NCBI GenBank assembly: GCA_008632985.1
Contig: QPGO01000209.1
Location: 62,001-123,326 of the forward strand
DNA length: 61,326 bases
Direction: 5' to 3'
DNA from: Psammoneis japonica
Taxonomy: Eukaryota
Shown one piece after another: positions 49,295 to 61,326 of the stretch. The notes below the pieces were generated by a model. That model did not search any database. It had not been told where the DNA came from and saw only the letters and a list, made by a program, of their open reading frames with translations. Position 1 is the stretch's first letter; each line of letters opens with the position of its first letter. The translations under genes and the position numbers were made by a program.

Positions 49295-50104
49295 TGTTCT
49301 TGGAGAACAAAAACAGAGGCTTGCAACAGCTGGCTCACTTGAGTTGTGGCAGACGCACTGGAGTGGGGTGCATTTTGCCGGTGTTGGTGGTGACAGTGGC
49401 AAAAATGCATGCCGAGCTTAAAAAGGAAAGGCAACAGAGGCAGGACGAGATGATTGGATGCTTGCTCACAGCCACCTGTTGGTGTGCAGGTGTTGGGTTG
49501 ATTTTTGAATCAAATTGTTGAGTGAGGACTTGATTGATTTTTGAGTGGGAGTTGCTTGGCATGGTGGCAACAGCAACTGGAGAGTTGGCCACAAAGAGAC
49601 AATGCAGGTGTCCTTCCAAACAACAAGGTGTGTGAAAAAGAGCCCACTCAGGCAAAGAAAACAATGCCGCAGAAGGAAGAAAGACAACCGTCTCACGCAC
49701 ATCATCCGAAAGACTCAACCGCATCCATCACATCACTTCAGCGTGCTTTGGCACACGCCAGAAAAAGAAAACTGAAGCAGCAGCGGAGAACAATGGTCGT
49801 TGTGGAGTGGGACATGAGCTCAACCAATTGGGTGGCGGATCATGCCAAGGTGATGCAGGACACAGTGAAGGTGAGAGAGCATGTCAAGGAAACATTGTTC
49901 CTCAGTGTCACATTCATGTTCGACAACACAAGGAAATGGAGGAAACAGGCATGCTCCACAGGGATTTTGAACAGAATTGCGACCCAAAGATGATGGACGG
50001 GATGCTGCAGGATTTGCCCGAGCCAGAGCAAAAAACATGCCTGCACCACCTGTGGCTTACGATGAAACAAAAAAAGATGCATCAGGAGTGGCATGAAAAA
50101 AAAA

Positions 50105-50721
50105 AGAGTGGGAACAAGCTGTTTGGAATTTTCAACAACCGGCACTGGTTTTGGCAGTGGCTTTGAGGAAACAATCGACACCAATTGTGTCGTCCCACGT
50201 CGAGTCAATGATGCCTTTTCCAAACATTTGTTGCATCCCAGTGGTCGCACCATGAATGTGGCGCGTGCTTCGGGTCCAAACTTTTTGAGCCGCTGTACGG
50301 ACGAGGACCTGAAAAAGAAAAATTCACCACGCCCACCCAGGTTGTAAAGGGAGGTTGTTTCTGAGCTTGATGAATTGGCAAACTCGCATTTCTCGAAATC
50401 AGATTATGACAATGATGCCCGCGGAGTGAGCAAGGCGTTGCTAAATGCGCACACGGCACACACACGGCCATGCACGCCAAGGCCGAGCCGGAACTTTTCA
50501 TCAATTCATGCTCTCCGGGGAACATGCTCACAGATTTAACAGCGGGCATGGGTGCTGCGAATCCACCCTCCAAAGGTGCGGTTTGTTCAGTGTGGCTTTT
50601 GCTTTTAGAAGACCATTTGGGAAACCCGACGGGTCACTTCTGTGGCAGTGACTGTGTCCGTAGTCCGCCACACTTCAACCGAGGTCCCGGAGATGAGGCT
50701 TGTGAAGGACCGGATGCCCAG
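50105..50721 (+). pseudogene. SDR pseudogene copy 2, 5'-truncated
   Basis: Aligns with ~26384-26992; catalytic YxxxK reads RGVSK. Confidence 0.85.
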
Positions 50722-51536
50722 AGCGAGAGCTGGCTGCATGGGAGCGACACATTTGCTTTAGAATGTTTTGTGCCAATGCCAGAACGTCGACTCCAAAGAT
50801 GGCCCTCTTCATCATCCCGACGCGTTCAGAAGAAGTGTGGGCAATGGGGCTTTCGCGACACCTGCTCCATGCTGCGTGCAACTGCGTTGCGTGCTCGCTG
50901 CAACGCTGAACAATGTTCTCTTTTTTTTCCCAAAAGAATGCCATGTCTTTTCGTGGGGCATTACTCTTAGCGAGTTGCATAAAGTCCAATTGTCTCAACA
51001 GCTCAACATCAGAATACGACGTGTGCGGTTGTCACTTTCTAAGGAATTCTTAAACTCTAGTAGCACGAGGAACTACATTGCTGGTCAAAAGCCGAATTGC
51101 AAACTCAAAAGGATCATTCTACGAGCGAGCGAAAACACTTGAATTGATCAGATGCGTGGACGACCGCTGAACCACACTACTTGGTGAATACCTCACGAGG
51201 TTTGTCTAATAAATTATTCTGAAACTGAGGATCAAGCTAGCTTGCACCTCGCCATGACGGTATAGAGTGTCATCATCCTCGGTTCACCGCGTATGGGTGT
51301 GCAAAAACACCCCGATTACGTCCAAATGATGCATACAAATCGAGTAAAATGTGTATCCACATGCAACGTCATCAACCTCACTGCCCTTCCGACGTACCGG
51401 TATATATCCAAACATGTATCTGTCCGACACTGGCTATCGAATTGAAACTTGCTCTTGATAGATGCCATTCCAGGTCAGGACCGAATAATATATGCAGAAT
51501 CTTAGTTCCTTCCTCTAGTCGTATATCGTACCACGG

Positions 51537-53593
51537 TTATATATTGCAACGGCCACCAGAGGTTCGAACGTTCACAGATGCCGTGCATGTTGCGGATACA
51601 CCGTTTCTATCCGTTCCCCTGAGCGTCACTCTTGTGTATCCAATGCCGTAGGGAGGAGGAGGGTTTTGGACAAGAGTCAAATTACCACCTCTGGGGTCAT
51701 GAGAACCATCATCAACCGTCGCCCAATAGTCGCACAGTGGGTAGAAACGGGCTTTTCTATTCACGTCCTTGCAGTACATGACTGGAGTTACTGGACAGTG
51801 GCCATATCGAGGTGGATCGACCGTCACAGTCCTTGTGCAAGAGTTTGTTTTACCATCTTTAAATTGATCGGCGGCCCATAGAGTCACCTTGGTGACACCC
51901 ACTGGGTAAGGCGGAAGCGGCCATAGCGTCAAGCGTGCTGCCGCACCGTTGCGGGATCTGGACCCATTATCAATCGTAGTCCAAGCATGGCACCGATTGT
52001 TAGAAGCTCGCAACTGTCGGTCCGAGCAGCGCATTATTGGTCCATATGGATCATGACAGCCAGACGCAGTAACCTTGAGAGCCTTTTCGGTAACAGCTCC
52101 CTTGCTGTCTCTGACAAAAAAGTTCAATGTCCAGTCTGCATTCACGGTGGGAGTTATTTGGAGACGAACAGTAGCAGTGTTTCCATTCTGTACTGTAACA
52201 GTCATTATATCAGTAGGAGCATCATAAACCTCAACCGTGGTCCACTGACCAACCTCAGGACTGAGAAAGCTAAACTCTGTATCTATCGAGGCACATCCCT
52301 TGAGGTCAATCCTATCATCTGATGGAAAGTTGAAGGGAATGGGAGGGATGTTCGTTTGAGCAGCAGCATCGAAACAGAAGCCTTTGCCATCGAGATAGTT
52401 TACGTCTGGAGGACCAGTGACATATTGTCCTTCCTGGTTGAATCGACCAAGCTGAAAGGATGTTCTACCATCTCCCTTGTTCACTCCCACTGTAGCAGCA
52501 ACTCCTCTAAGACCTTTGTCACCCGACGACGCATCTCCTGTCGTCCACTCCATGTCTGCGTAACAGAAGCAGCTATGTGGAAAAAGAAATCGAAAGCTTC
52601 ATGTGAGCAAAAAACACAGGCAAATTATTTAAAAAAAAAAAACAACTGAGACACGTTCAATTTCGAAGACTCACATGTTGTTGCCCAAGCCCATTGCAGG
52701 GTCTGAACCATCCGAGATCAGTACCTGGAAAGAATTCAAGCGATCATCATTTTTGTTGTAGTATCCAACTTCTTCCCACGTTACTGCTAATTTGTTGTCC
52801 GATATCTCCTTCATCCACACATGACCAAGATATTTTTCCGAAACAGCCCGGCCCGTATCCGTGTCCGCCCAGAACGGAGCAATCATGGGGTAACCGTTCA
52901 CTGGAAAGCCTGTGGAAGTGTATTCGCTATAATGACGGTCAATTGACAGATTGCCATTGTTGTTGATGTAGACTCGTCTAATGTCCCTTCCATAAAATGT
53001 AAAGGGAAACTCGAGCTTGTAGGCGGCAGAATCGTCATCATTGTGGTGACAGTCTGGTGCCTGAGCTGGACGATTGCCAGTGTCAGTCGTACTACAAAAG
53101 TTGACGAGCTTCCATCCGTCGCTGTTGTAGTCATCGTGAGGATCAGAATCTCGCCGAAGATTGACACAAGGGTTGCCATGAGGAAACTCTACTGGACGAG
53201 AAGGCCTCGTGAGCTTTCGTTCAGTGGGCTTCTCATCGCTTGTAGGCGGCTTCTCATTCTGCAAAGCTTCACCTGTAAGGGGCTTTGGCAGCGGATCAAA
53301 ATCGTGAGCTGTTATGTCGAGCTAGCCACACGACAACCCTTTTGCTCATTTGGACTTACCGTGAAGCGTAGATGCATATGATCCTTGTCCTTGGCTGTGC
53401 CTAATGATGATGCGGCAGTGATTCGACATTAGCAAGACAATTGACAGAGGGCTTCGCATGATCAGAACTCAGCCACAAAATGAACTAGATCGTATCTCGG
53501 AAGAGACAGACACGCAGAGCAAATTGACATCGGCTTACCTTGTGCCCACACAACCGTGGCAAGATAGGTCAAAATGGAGGCTTTGAAACGCAT
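51537..53593 (-). CDS. NIDO/HYR-like secreted protein, paralog C; complement(join(51537..52572,52675..53321,53360..53400,53539..53593)), 592 aa
   Basis: Same exon structure, frame preserved; most canonical NIDO motifs (IAPFWADTDT, WTTGDASSG..ATVGVNKGDG). Confidence 0.9.
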
Positions 53594-55999
53594 TCTTTTG
53601 AAATCGGTATTGTTGCTCTTCCTGTTGTCAAAGTTTTTTGTGGCTATCGTCGTCAATCAATGCTTTGTTTCCTCTTGCGTTTTCCCGCCCGATACAAGCA
53701 TCTCATGTCATACATTCCAGAAAGTGTCTCGAACCATTTAAGCATTTCTCGATAAATGTTTCTTATGACTTATGTTTTGATTATTTTATTGCGGCGCCGC
53801 CGTCAATAAATGTTGTTGCGTCTCAGAGTTTCCCGGCACATGACAGTGTCAACAAAAGCATTTGTCGCAGCCGCGATTGGCTGCGAGATGACACCAGCAG
53901 TGCTGTACCGGTAGTGTCGGAGTCAGTGAGGACGCGAACGCTAATTATTTGTCAGCCACGCCCAACAGAATTGCGAACTGCAATGATTAAGAGACGACTG
54001 TGACTTAACATTTCAATTTTATTTAACGCCTGTGTCTTGACAGTTCCATTCTATTAACAGATTTCTTCATAAGTGTTTCGTCTGCACTTAAAGCACAGCC
54101 ACCGTTGCCTTCCCCAAGATGTCATCGTTCACTCCTCGGCAAATTCTGTTTGTTTCGACCAGTCACAATTCACAATCACCTTGTGCTCACGATGAAGTCT
54201 CGGTTGTCAAGAATCCTGAGGCTGCTGCCCCCGAGAACTGGAACTCATCAAGTCACCAAGTTGCCACTTTTGTGGTTCTCTGTCATCTGAAACAACATTG
54301 GACCACACCGAGCCACCCAGAGCGCACCCCTGCTCTCCTGTTTCCCTTTTGCAGCAGAAGCTTTGAGAAATGACACTCGAGCGAGCACCATTGCTGTTGC
54401 CCGACTTGACCTCTGGATTCAATGTGCCCAAAACCTTTTGACATTTGTCCATCAAATGAGAAACCATTGTGCAATGCACTGTTTTGGCCGCCAGCAAAAG
54501 CGCCGACAAACGCCAACAAAGCCGCTCCAAATGAGGGCCCCGCAGACTGAAACAAAGGAAAATCAACCAAAAACAACACCTTGTCACACCAGCCAAACCA
54601 ACAACATGGAAAGAAAAGCAGCAAAGAAATGAAGACATCAACAAAGTGCCCACTCAAGATGATGCAGAGGGTGCCACTCTTGGAAAAAGACACCCCACCC
54701 ACTGGGCTTGCTTCGCTGGGCACACTGGCCACATTTGTTTCCTTGTGCACCACATTGTTGGTGCTGACCAAAGCAAATTCATGCAATTTTTTTTGCTTTC
54801 TGCAACTTCTCTTTTGTTTGGCTGTCAACACTTGGAGACATGTGCTGCAAATGTTCCTCTGGTGTGCCTCCAGGAAACAGCAACAGACTGCCCCACTTGG
54901 CTTGAACTTGGCAGTGGTTCCTTCTGTTTGTGTTTTTGGCACTGAGGGGCCACAAACAAGCTGGTGCCACCCTGCACTTTCTTCTTTGAACATGAAAATT
55001 GAGTTTGATGGAGAATCGCCGGAAATTTTTAGCTCTTCTCTTTGGGCACCCAGGCAATTCTCATGTGTGTTGTTGCCAACAGCCAGAAATTCTGCATTGT
55101 CTGTCTCTTCTCTTTGCGCATCTGCAGGAGACAGTGGTTGTTGGAGGGAATGTTCCAGCAAAATGGGAGGCACTGGAGGTGATGCCATGGCGAAGGCAGC
55201 TTGCGCGGGAATTTTGAGCAGAAACGTCACACTTTCAAAGGCCACTGCAGCACAACCAGAGGTCACTGGAACACAAACAATGTGTGAAAATGCATGTTTC
55301 TGAGTGCAGAGAATTTGCCCACATGGTCATTTGGGGCTTGTTGTTTAGTGTGGGTGTGCAAAACACATGGGTGTCACACCCGGGCGGTTGCAACACAGAT
55401 TCAAAAACAGGTGTTGCACCCCAATTTGTTTGTGGGGTGTGGCACGTGGTGGGTCACACCCACATCATTTGTGCAGGGGTGAAGCCTGGTGTTCATCTGT
55501 GTGCTGCATGCAAGAAAACCCAACCCGGCAACCGCCCATTGTGCGGAGATTTGTGGGTTGACACTTGCACCTCTGTGGCAGTCTCCAGCTGGTGGCAAAA
55601 GCCTGCACCTCCACTGCACAAAAAAAAAAAACACACCACACCATCATCAGAGCACGCATTGCAGTGGTTTCCACTTTCCTTTGTAAATTATTTAATGTGC
55701 ATTGTCAACATTGTCAACAATGAGAATTTACAAAATGCTGGCAAAAGTGCTCAACAAAATGCAGCTGTTTTGTGCATTTCATCTGATGTCTCATTGACTT
55801 TTCTTGCACAAGCTTCAATCAAATGCGCGCAATGTTTAATTTCACAGGGATTGAAATCTGTGTTTTGTGATGCGTGGTTTGGTTTCCTTTTGATTGCAAT
55901 CAATTTGAACTTGGTTTTCACTTTGTCCTCCTCAACCACGCTTCACGCACGCACGTGACCCACCTTCATTTTTCTTCATGTTTCCCAGATTTGTGCAGC

Positions 56000-56223
56000 C
56001 CGTTGGTCTGCAGCATTTTCAGCATTTTTTTACATGTGCAATTTTCTGCACACTTCACAACAGTGCATCCTCCCCCCAAAACTTGAAAAACGAGAGCATG
56101 TGCTGTTGTGACCGTTGGTCTACAGCATTTTCAGCATGTTTTTTACATGTGCAATTTTCTGCACACTTCACAACAGTGCATCCTCCCCCCAAAACTTGAA
56201 AAACAAGAGCATGTGCTGTTGTG
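56000..56223. repeat. 112-bp tandem duplication
   Basis: ccgttggtct(g/a)cagcattttcagcat...gagcatgtgctgttgtga occurs twice with few differences. Confidence 0.92.
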
Positions 56224-56299
56224 ATTCACGTGGATCCTGCGTGTTGTCACAAATCTGCAAATCAACAACTGGCCATGGCAGTGAAAGACTTCACCCCAT

Positions 56300-57050
56300 T
56301 GGCTGATGACAGTGGCTCAACACATGGTGAAACCTGCTGTCCTTCTGGTTGGACAAGATGGATTTTGATTCGGGCGCAGCTTGAGTTTCATGACAGCGAG
56401 TGTGCTGTCACAAATCTGCTGCATCCAGAACACTGAGCTGCTGGCATGTTGTTTTGTGCAAGCACATCACAAACTCACTTTTCTGCAGCGTTGGTGCAAT
56501 CGTGCATGTCAGAGTTTTGCATCCAGAATCATCACAAGTTGCCACAAATGACACTCTTCAAACAAGGCATGTGCAGAAAGAGGTTCATTGGTTTTTAATG
56601 TGTTTGCTGACAATGCATCTCTGTCTTCTCCAATTTCTACATCAATGTCCAGAAATGCTGCAGGCAGTGCTTGTTCCCACAGCTCTCAGAATCACACGCA
56701 TGAAAAGTGCTTTGCTGTGTGTGACACTCTTCAAAAAAGGCATGCACAAAAAGAGCTTCATTTGTTTTTTGTGTGTTCACTTACATTGCATCCGTCTTCT
56801 CCAATTTCTGCTTCCAGATCCAGAAAGACTGCAGAGGTGGAGAGTGGGGAGGCAACCCATTGGAGGTTGCCTGAGTTGTCAGGCTCATTTTTAAAGGCTT
56901 CCCAAGTCTCTCTGCTGTTTCTGGTCCATGCTCTAAACATTTCATTGATGAACCGTCTGCAGCACAGGAGGTGCAAGGTGAACTTGGTCATTGCCGCATG
57001 ACGTGTTACACCATGCACCGGCATCCATGTTGCTCTGGAATCAGCGGTGC
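56300..57050 (-). mobile_element. Penelope-like element RT C-terminal remnant, partly duplicated
   Basis: RRFINEMFRAW..W.AF..GNLQW..SAVFLDLE and KPMNLFLHMP resemble the PLE pattern RRFIDD..W / FLDL / KPMNLYLYIP; ~56560-56670 repeats ~56735-56840. Confidence 0.6.
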
Positions 57051-57084
57051 CGGATGCACCAACACACCGGCAAGTGTGTGTTGC

Positions 57085-57490
57085 AGTTCATGACAGTTCA
57101 TTGGCCTTGTGCTCTCACAATGTGCTCCACACTTTTTGGCAATGAATGAGGTTGACATCAGAGCAACAGCACTTCTGCCGCAAACTCGCCAGCTCCAGAA
57201 TCAGCGGCATTAGATGCACTGGCAAGTCCATGTTGCCATTCCTGTGGGTTGTGTTGGCTCATCTGTGTTGTGCTCTCACAACTTGTTCTGCTCTTTTTGG
57301 CAATGAATGAGGTGGAATGGAGCAACAGCAATTCAAACAATGGAACAGCAGCTCCTGCCACAAACTTGCCTGCTCCAGAATCAGTTGCACTGGATTCACT
57401 GGTGAGTCCATGTTGTTGTTCCTGTTGGCAGTGTCAGTTCATCCACATTGCACTCTCACAACATGTTCTGCACTTTTTTGGCAATGAACA
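57085..57490. repeat. Degenerate tandem repeat, ~160-180-bp unit, ~2.3 copies
   Basis: ctctcacaa...tttttggcaatgaa recurs at ~57112, ~57273 and ~57453; gctccagaatcag and agtccatgttg recur twice. Confidence 0.75.
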
Positions 57491-59699
57491 ATGTGGCTGC
57501 AAGCAGTGGCACTTCAAGAAAGTGAGCTGCAACTGCTGCTGCAAACTCTGGGGTGTTGTCTCTGTCAGCGTCATTTGGCTTAAATGCAAACAACAAAATG
57601 GAATGTTCGTGGCACAGTGCAAATGATTTTAATTTACAAGTTTTGTGGGGATGGAGGGTGGGCACTCTCATGGGGAAAACGTGCCCCTGCTTCACAGTGC
57701 ACAGTGAAACAGGGGGTCCCACAGCACAAAAATGTTTGTCTGTCATGGTTGACATGTGATTGCCAGCTGCACAACTGTCAAGGTTTGAAACAATGGAATT
57801 TTGCACCACAATGGATTAAAAACATTGCTGTGAGAAAGGTGGTCTGGATCACCACAATGCACACTCTGATGATGATGTGTGAACTTTAGAGGCCTGCCAC
57901 TCTGCAACTGCAGTGACTTGACAAGCAATGCCATGTGTCATTGCCAAGCACTGTGCGTCATGTCTAACTGTGTTTTGTCTGTTCAACATGAGTGGTCATG
58001 GAACGAAAAAATGTCTCTCTTCATCATCATCAACATCATCAGCCAATCCCAAGCATCCTTGACCTGGTGTGCCTGTGATGATGGAACCAGAGGATTTGAA
58101 GTGCTCCAAATGCAATGCATGGGGGTGCCAAAGATGCAAGGAATGCATTTCACAATTGGTTGTTTGAGAAAACACAGGATTTGTGTTGAATGCTTTGTGT
58201 GAGCATGCTGGTCTAGGAAAGCAGCACAACAAACTGACATGCTCTCAAAGTGTGGCACCCTTTGCACCAAGTGTCAGAGCCATTCACTCAAATGCACTCT
58301 AAAAGACAGAAAAGTGTGGATGCACAGAAAGACATCTGTCCATGAAATGGCCCAGCCCAGCAAGAAGAAAGACTTTGTTTGAGCATTTGAAACGGAGCTC
58401 AAGAAGCAAACAAATCTTGTTGGTCTTTCCTTGGTGGGGGGGGGGGGAAGACAGTGGGAAGCTAGACCCACAGACTGTTGTTGTTCCAAAAGATCATCCT
58501 TCCACAATGGGAGACAGCAATCAAATTTTTTTTTCAAGCCAGTGAAATGTCTTCATTTGGCTGTGGTCTGCAATGACTCAAACAAGACTCTGTGATGCAA
58601 CCCGATGGCCTGCTGATCATTCACTTGCAGAACTTGCAAAATCAGTCAACGGCTTTCTGTGTGACTTTGTGTTCTGTCTGTCTTGTGGGGAAATCAGAAA
58701 GAAAATGGAGGAAAGGAAGGGCAAAACATTTGACAGCAGCAAATGGAGCCGTTTGTTTGAAATGGTTTTTGTTGGTCAACATCGCGTGGAGTGTGTGATG
58801 CTTGAATGCCATCAGTGGCATTGTGCAGCCCCTGTTTGGCTCACAGTCAGCTGTTCAAGTTGCACCTGAAAACATCCTTCTCCATTTTCTGGATTTGGTC
58901 TGGTGATGACGAGGCACACCAAAAGGTGGAGGAACCAGAAATTCTTGGATAAAAAAAATCTTGAAGGGTTTGACTTCTCCAAAACCTTGATGCACGACTG
59001 CCTGAGCAACCAACAAGACAACTGTGGACACAAAGTTTGAGGTGGAAAAGAACAAGGATTTTGTGCGAGAAGGACGTGTCACCATTTGTTGTTGATTTGT
59101 TGTTGATTCGCGTGTTTGGGTAAACACAGCGCACTGCACGTCATTGTTGTGCAGTTTTTGTAACATGGTTCTTGATTCAGTGATCCGAGGCAAGGTCCAG
59201 ACATTCGCAGCTTACAAATGATGGACCGCAACGCGACGAAACGAAGAAGACGTCCAAGTGTCCAGTCTCAAATCAGACAACAGCCAAGAAAGACTTGTGC
59301 CAAGCAAGATTTTTCAGTCTTTGCAGATCAAACCACATCCAGAGATTAAAATGTCACACTGCACTCCTTGCGCCTTTGCTTCCCTCATCCATGCTGTTCG
59401 ATGTGAAAAGAGATCGTTGGCATGTTGACAGAGGAGCAAGTCCAACCTGTGGAATTTGGCCGTCGCCTTGGCTGCATCGTCCGGCACGGGTTTGTGGGTT
59501 CTCGGCTTGCATGTGAAACCCAGCGACGTGCAGTTGCAGCAGCATGTAAAGCAAAGCAGTTCTGTGCTCTCGGACATGCGCTCAAATGTGGCAAAATGAG
59601 GCATCGCTTCAAGGTGTTGAATGGCTGTCTTGCAGTCTGGCGCATCGACCCCGAGCTTGTTCTATTGCATGGGCTGACTGCCACAACAATGATCATCTC

Positions 59700-60080
59700 C
59701 ACTGTGTTTTGAAGCCTCCACACACACAATGGTTGTTGGGAACAGCCCAAGCTTTGAAACAACAGGTGGACATGTTGATGGCAACACAAGTGCCAGGGAA
59801 AGCAACACCAATGCTGTGATTGCTGCTGAAAAGTGTGCTGGCTGGGGATGGTTCTCTGTTGACCAATGCACTGTGTGCCACATGTGAAGGCTCACAATGA
59901 ACCAGACAAGCTGGGCAAAGCAATGGCTGAGATGAAGAAAGTTTCAGATCTTTGTCTTGAAGCTGGCAAGTCTGCAGTGGGCGGGAATCCCACAAAGCTC
60001 AGAAACTCCCAAACACACCAGCAGCATGTTAAGACTTTGGTTGAAAATGCCGGACACCAAGGCACTCCTCTTGCCAGCCA
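59700..60080 (+). mobile_element. Copia gag remnant related to the 21654-22490 gag
   Basis: KKVSDL.LEAGKSAVGGNPTKL..QQHVKTL versus KKVSDF..LETGKSVI..GDPNKV..KQHIKSL. Confidence 0.5.
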
Positions 60081-60572
60081 CACTTGACAAATCAGCTCTC
60101 TTCACAACTGAGTTTGGCATCATCAAACACCATCACAGATTGCAAATGAGCCTTGAAAGTGGGAATGACATTGCCTTTCTGTCTCCCTTGGGGGTCAACA
60201 CATCTCCTTCTCCTTCTCTGCAACAGAGGCTTGCTGGACTGGGATCACTGGAACAACATCCCTGCATGACCACTTGGCTCCTCTTCACACCTTGAGGGCC
60301 CTTTGCATCATCTAAACCTCAATCTTTCTGTTGCTGATTGCCTTGGCCTGGCAAAGTTGCCATCAATGCAACAGAAATTCACCACTCTTGGTCCCGATTT
60401 CAAGTTGTGCATTGCAGTTTTGCCATTCACCCTGATTCATTCCCATGCACGGTAACACATTAAGTGAGTTTAATCGTCCTCGCAGGACATCCAGAAGAAC
60501 AAAGAAAGTATGTAGGTCTGGCGCTATAGAGTTACACTCGTACGTGAAAAGTTAAAGACTCAATGAAACGGT

Positions 60573-61326
60573 TCAAGCGGTTCTCTCTTGTTGTCCCTCC
60601 GACAGCCCTTCCTTTTTCTCAAGGTCGTGGTTCTCCTCAGGAAAACCCAACACATAAATAGCATCTTCATATAAGGGATGAATAGCTTCATCCAGAATGT
60701 CGTCCTTAAGAGCATCAAGTTTCTGTCGGCGAGCCTCGTCCTTGACCTCGGAAAGATCCATCGCCACAATTCGCTTTGCCTCTTCATATGTCAAGTCGGA
60801 TCGATCCTCAGGGGTGGCATACATGAGTTCCAAAGGATCATGCACAGTATCCCATTCGTCTCGAGTTATTTTGGCATTGTACCAACCACAAAAGGTCAGC
60901 CGTTTGTAACCTTCCGAAGCAGGCAAGACTGGGGTGACCGCATGAGTTGACGTGGCCGTTATGGGGAACAGGAGGAGCGTGTTAAACGAGGCGTGCTGGT
61001 AAGCGTTTTGAAAGAATGCATTGTTCCAATAAAAGGCACCACCCCAAGCTGGATCCCAATCTTTGGATAGCTGCCAAAGAAACGTCACAGTTCTTTTTCC
61101 CAGTCTATCACTGTGTGGATTACTGTGATCTCCCGGCTTATACCAGCTCAACAAAGTAGAAATGTTGCTGGAATGGCAATTTCTGCCTGAAAGAGAAGAC
61201 ATGAACTTCCTCGAGTCCTTGTGCTTGAAGACATCTGAAACTTGTTTAAACACCTCCTCTTTATCTTTCGAGACCGGTCTGTGCTTTAGAAAGTTGTGGC
61301 CATTAGGTTTGATAGACACAAACGGC
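60573..61326 (-). CDS. 2OG-Fe(II) oxygenase (prolyl-hydroxylase/OGFOD1-like), 5' end outside the window
   Basis: Y.PGDHSNPHSD (HxD), L..DWDPAWGG, FNTLLLF, HAVTPV (distal His), RLTFCGWY (2OG-binding Arg); normal TpA and Tyr content. Confidence 0.88.
   Translation of the reverse strand, partial: PFVSIKPNGHNFLKHRPVSKDKEEVFKQVSDVFKHKDSRKFMSSLSGRNCHSSNISTLLSWYKPGDHSNPHSDRLGKRTVTFLWQLSKDWDPAWGGAFYWNNAFFQNAYQHASFNTLLLFPITATSTHAVTPVLPASEGYKRLTFCGWYNAKITRDEWDTVHDPLELMYATPEDRSDLTYEEAKRIVAMDLSEVKDEARRQKLDALKDDILDEAIHPLYEDAIYVLGFPEENHDLEKKEGLSEGQQERTA

Larger units (their letters stand above)
47300..49400 (-). mobile_element. Plavaka-like (CACTA-related) transposase remnant interrupted by two MITEs
   Basis: GKIMSNKWC, LLLPVGLCADQTGADACQRGPLKPWLF and AWRHLGFI resemble Plavaka motifs (P.ILY.D.T, LEP, AWR.LG.IP); an acidic N-terminal part lies between the MITEs. 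Confidence 0.65.

Noticed and set aside
54283..55266. 327-aa minus-strand ORF
   Set aside because: Tyr-free, inside a TA-depleted block, overlapped by a 240-aa antisense ORF, with no recognisable domain.
56000..57490. CRISPR array or structured RNA array
   Set aside because: Units are long, adjacent and lack unique spacers; no cas genes; eukaryotic context. No tRNA or rRNA was recognised in the window.
143..60295. Hundreds of short Cys/His-rich ORFs as novel genes or metal-binding peptides
   Set aside because: They arise because TAA/TAG are depleted and TGY/CAY enriched in mutated blocks; nearly all end in TGA and overlap TE remnants.
60573..61326. 2OG-Fe(II) oxygenase as the mutator (AlkB/TET-like)
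   Set aside because: Motifs fit the prolyl-hydroxylase/OGFOD1-like group, and proximity alone is not evidence in a eukaryote.

Overview
Eukaryotic nuclear DNA, most likely from a diatom (inference from CoDi-type Copia elements, diatom-type Gypsy and LINE elements, GT-AG introns and R-x-L propeptide motifs). Five islands of ordinary sequence carry intact genes: three paralogous secreted NIDO/HYR-like proteins, one secreted LVIVD-repeat protein and a partial 2OG-Fe(II) oxygenase. Between them lie blocks of nested transposons: Gypsy, Copia, a LINE with RNase H, Penelope-like, Plavaka and several MITE/foldback families. The dominant unexplained signal is that TE blocks have almost completely lost TpA dinucleotides, converted to TpG or CpA (A>G on either strand), while the gene islands and three young MITEs are untouched. 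Direction and DNA-level action are shown by internal controls: pristine versus mutated MITE copies, an LTR pair, mutated TTAA target-site duplications, catalytic Tyr changed to His/Cys, and a 1509-aa Pol ORF with only 4 Tyr. This looks like a TE-domain-targeted TpA hypermutation process, the mirror image of fungal RIP. I know of no description of it but could not search the literature. All family calls come from motifs recognised by eye and all counts are manual.
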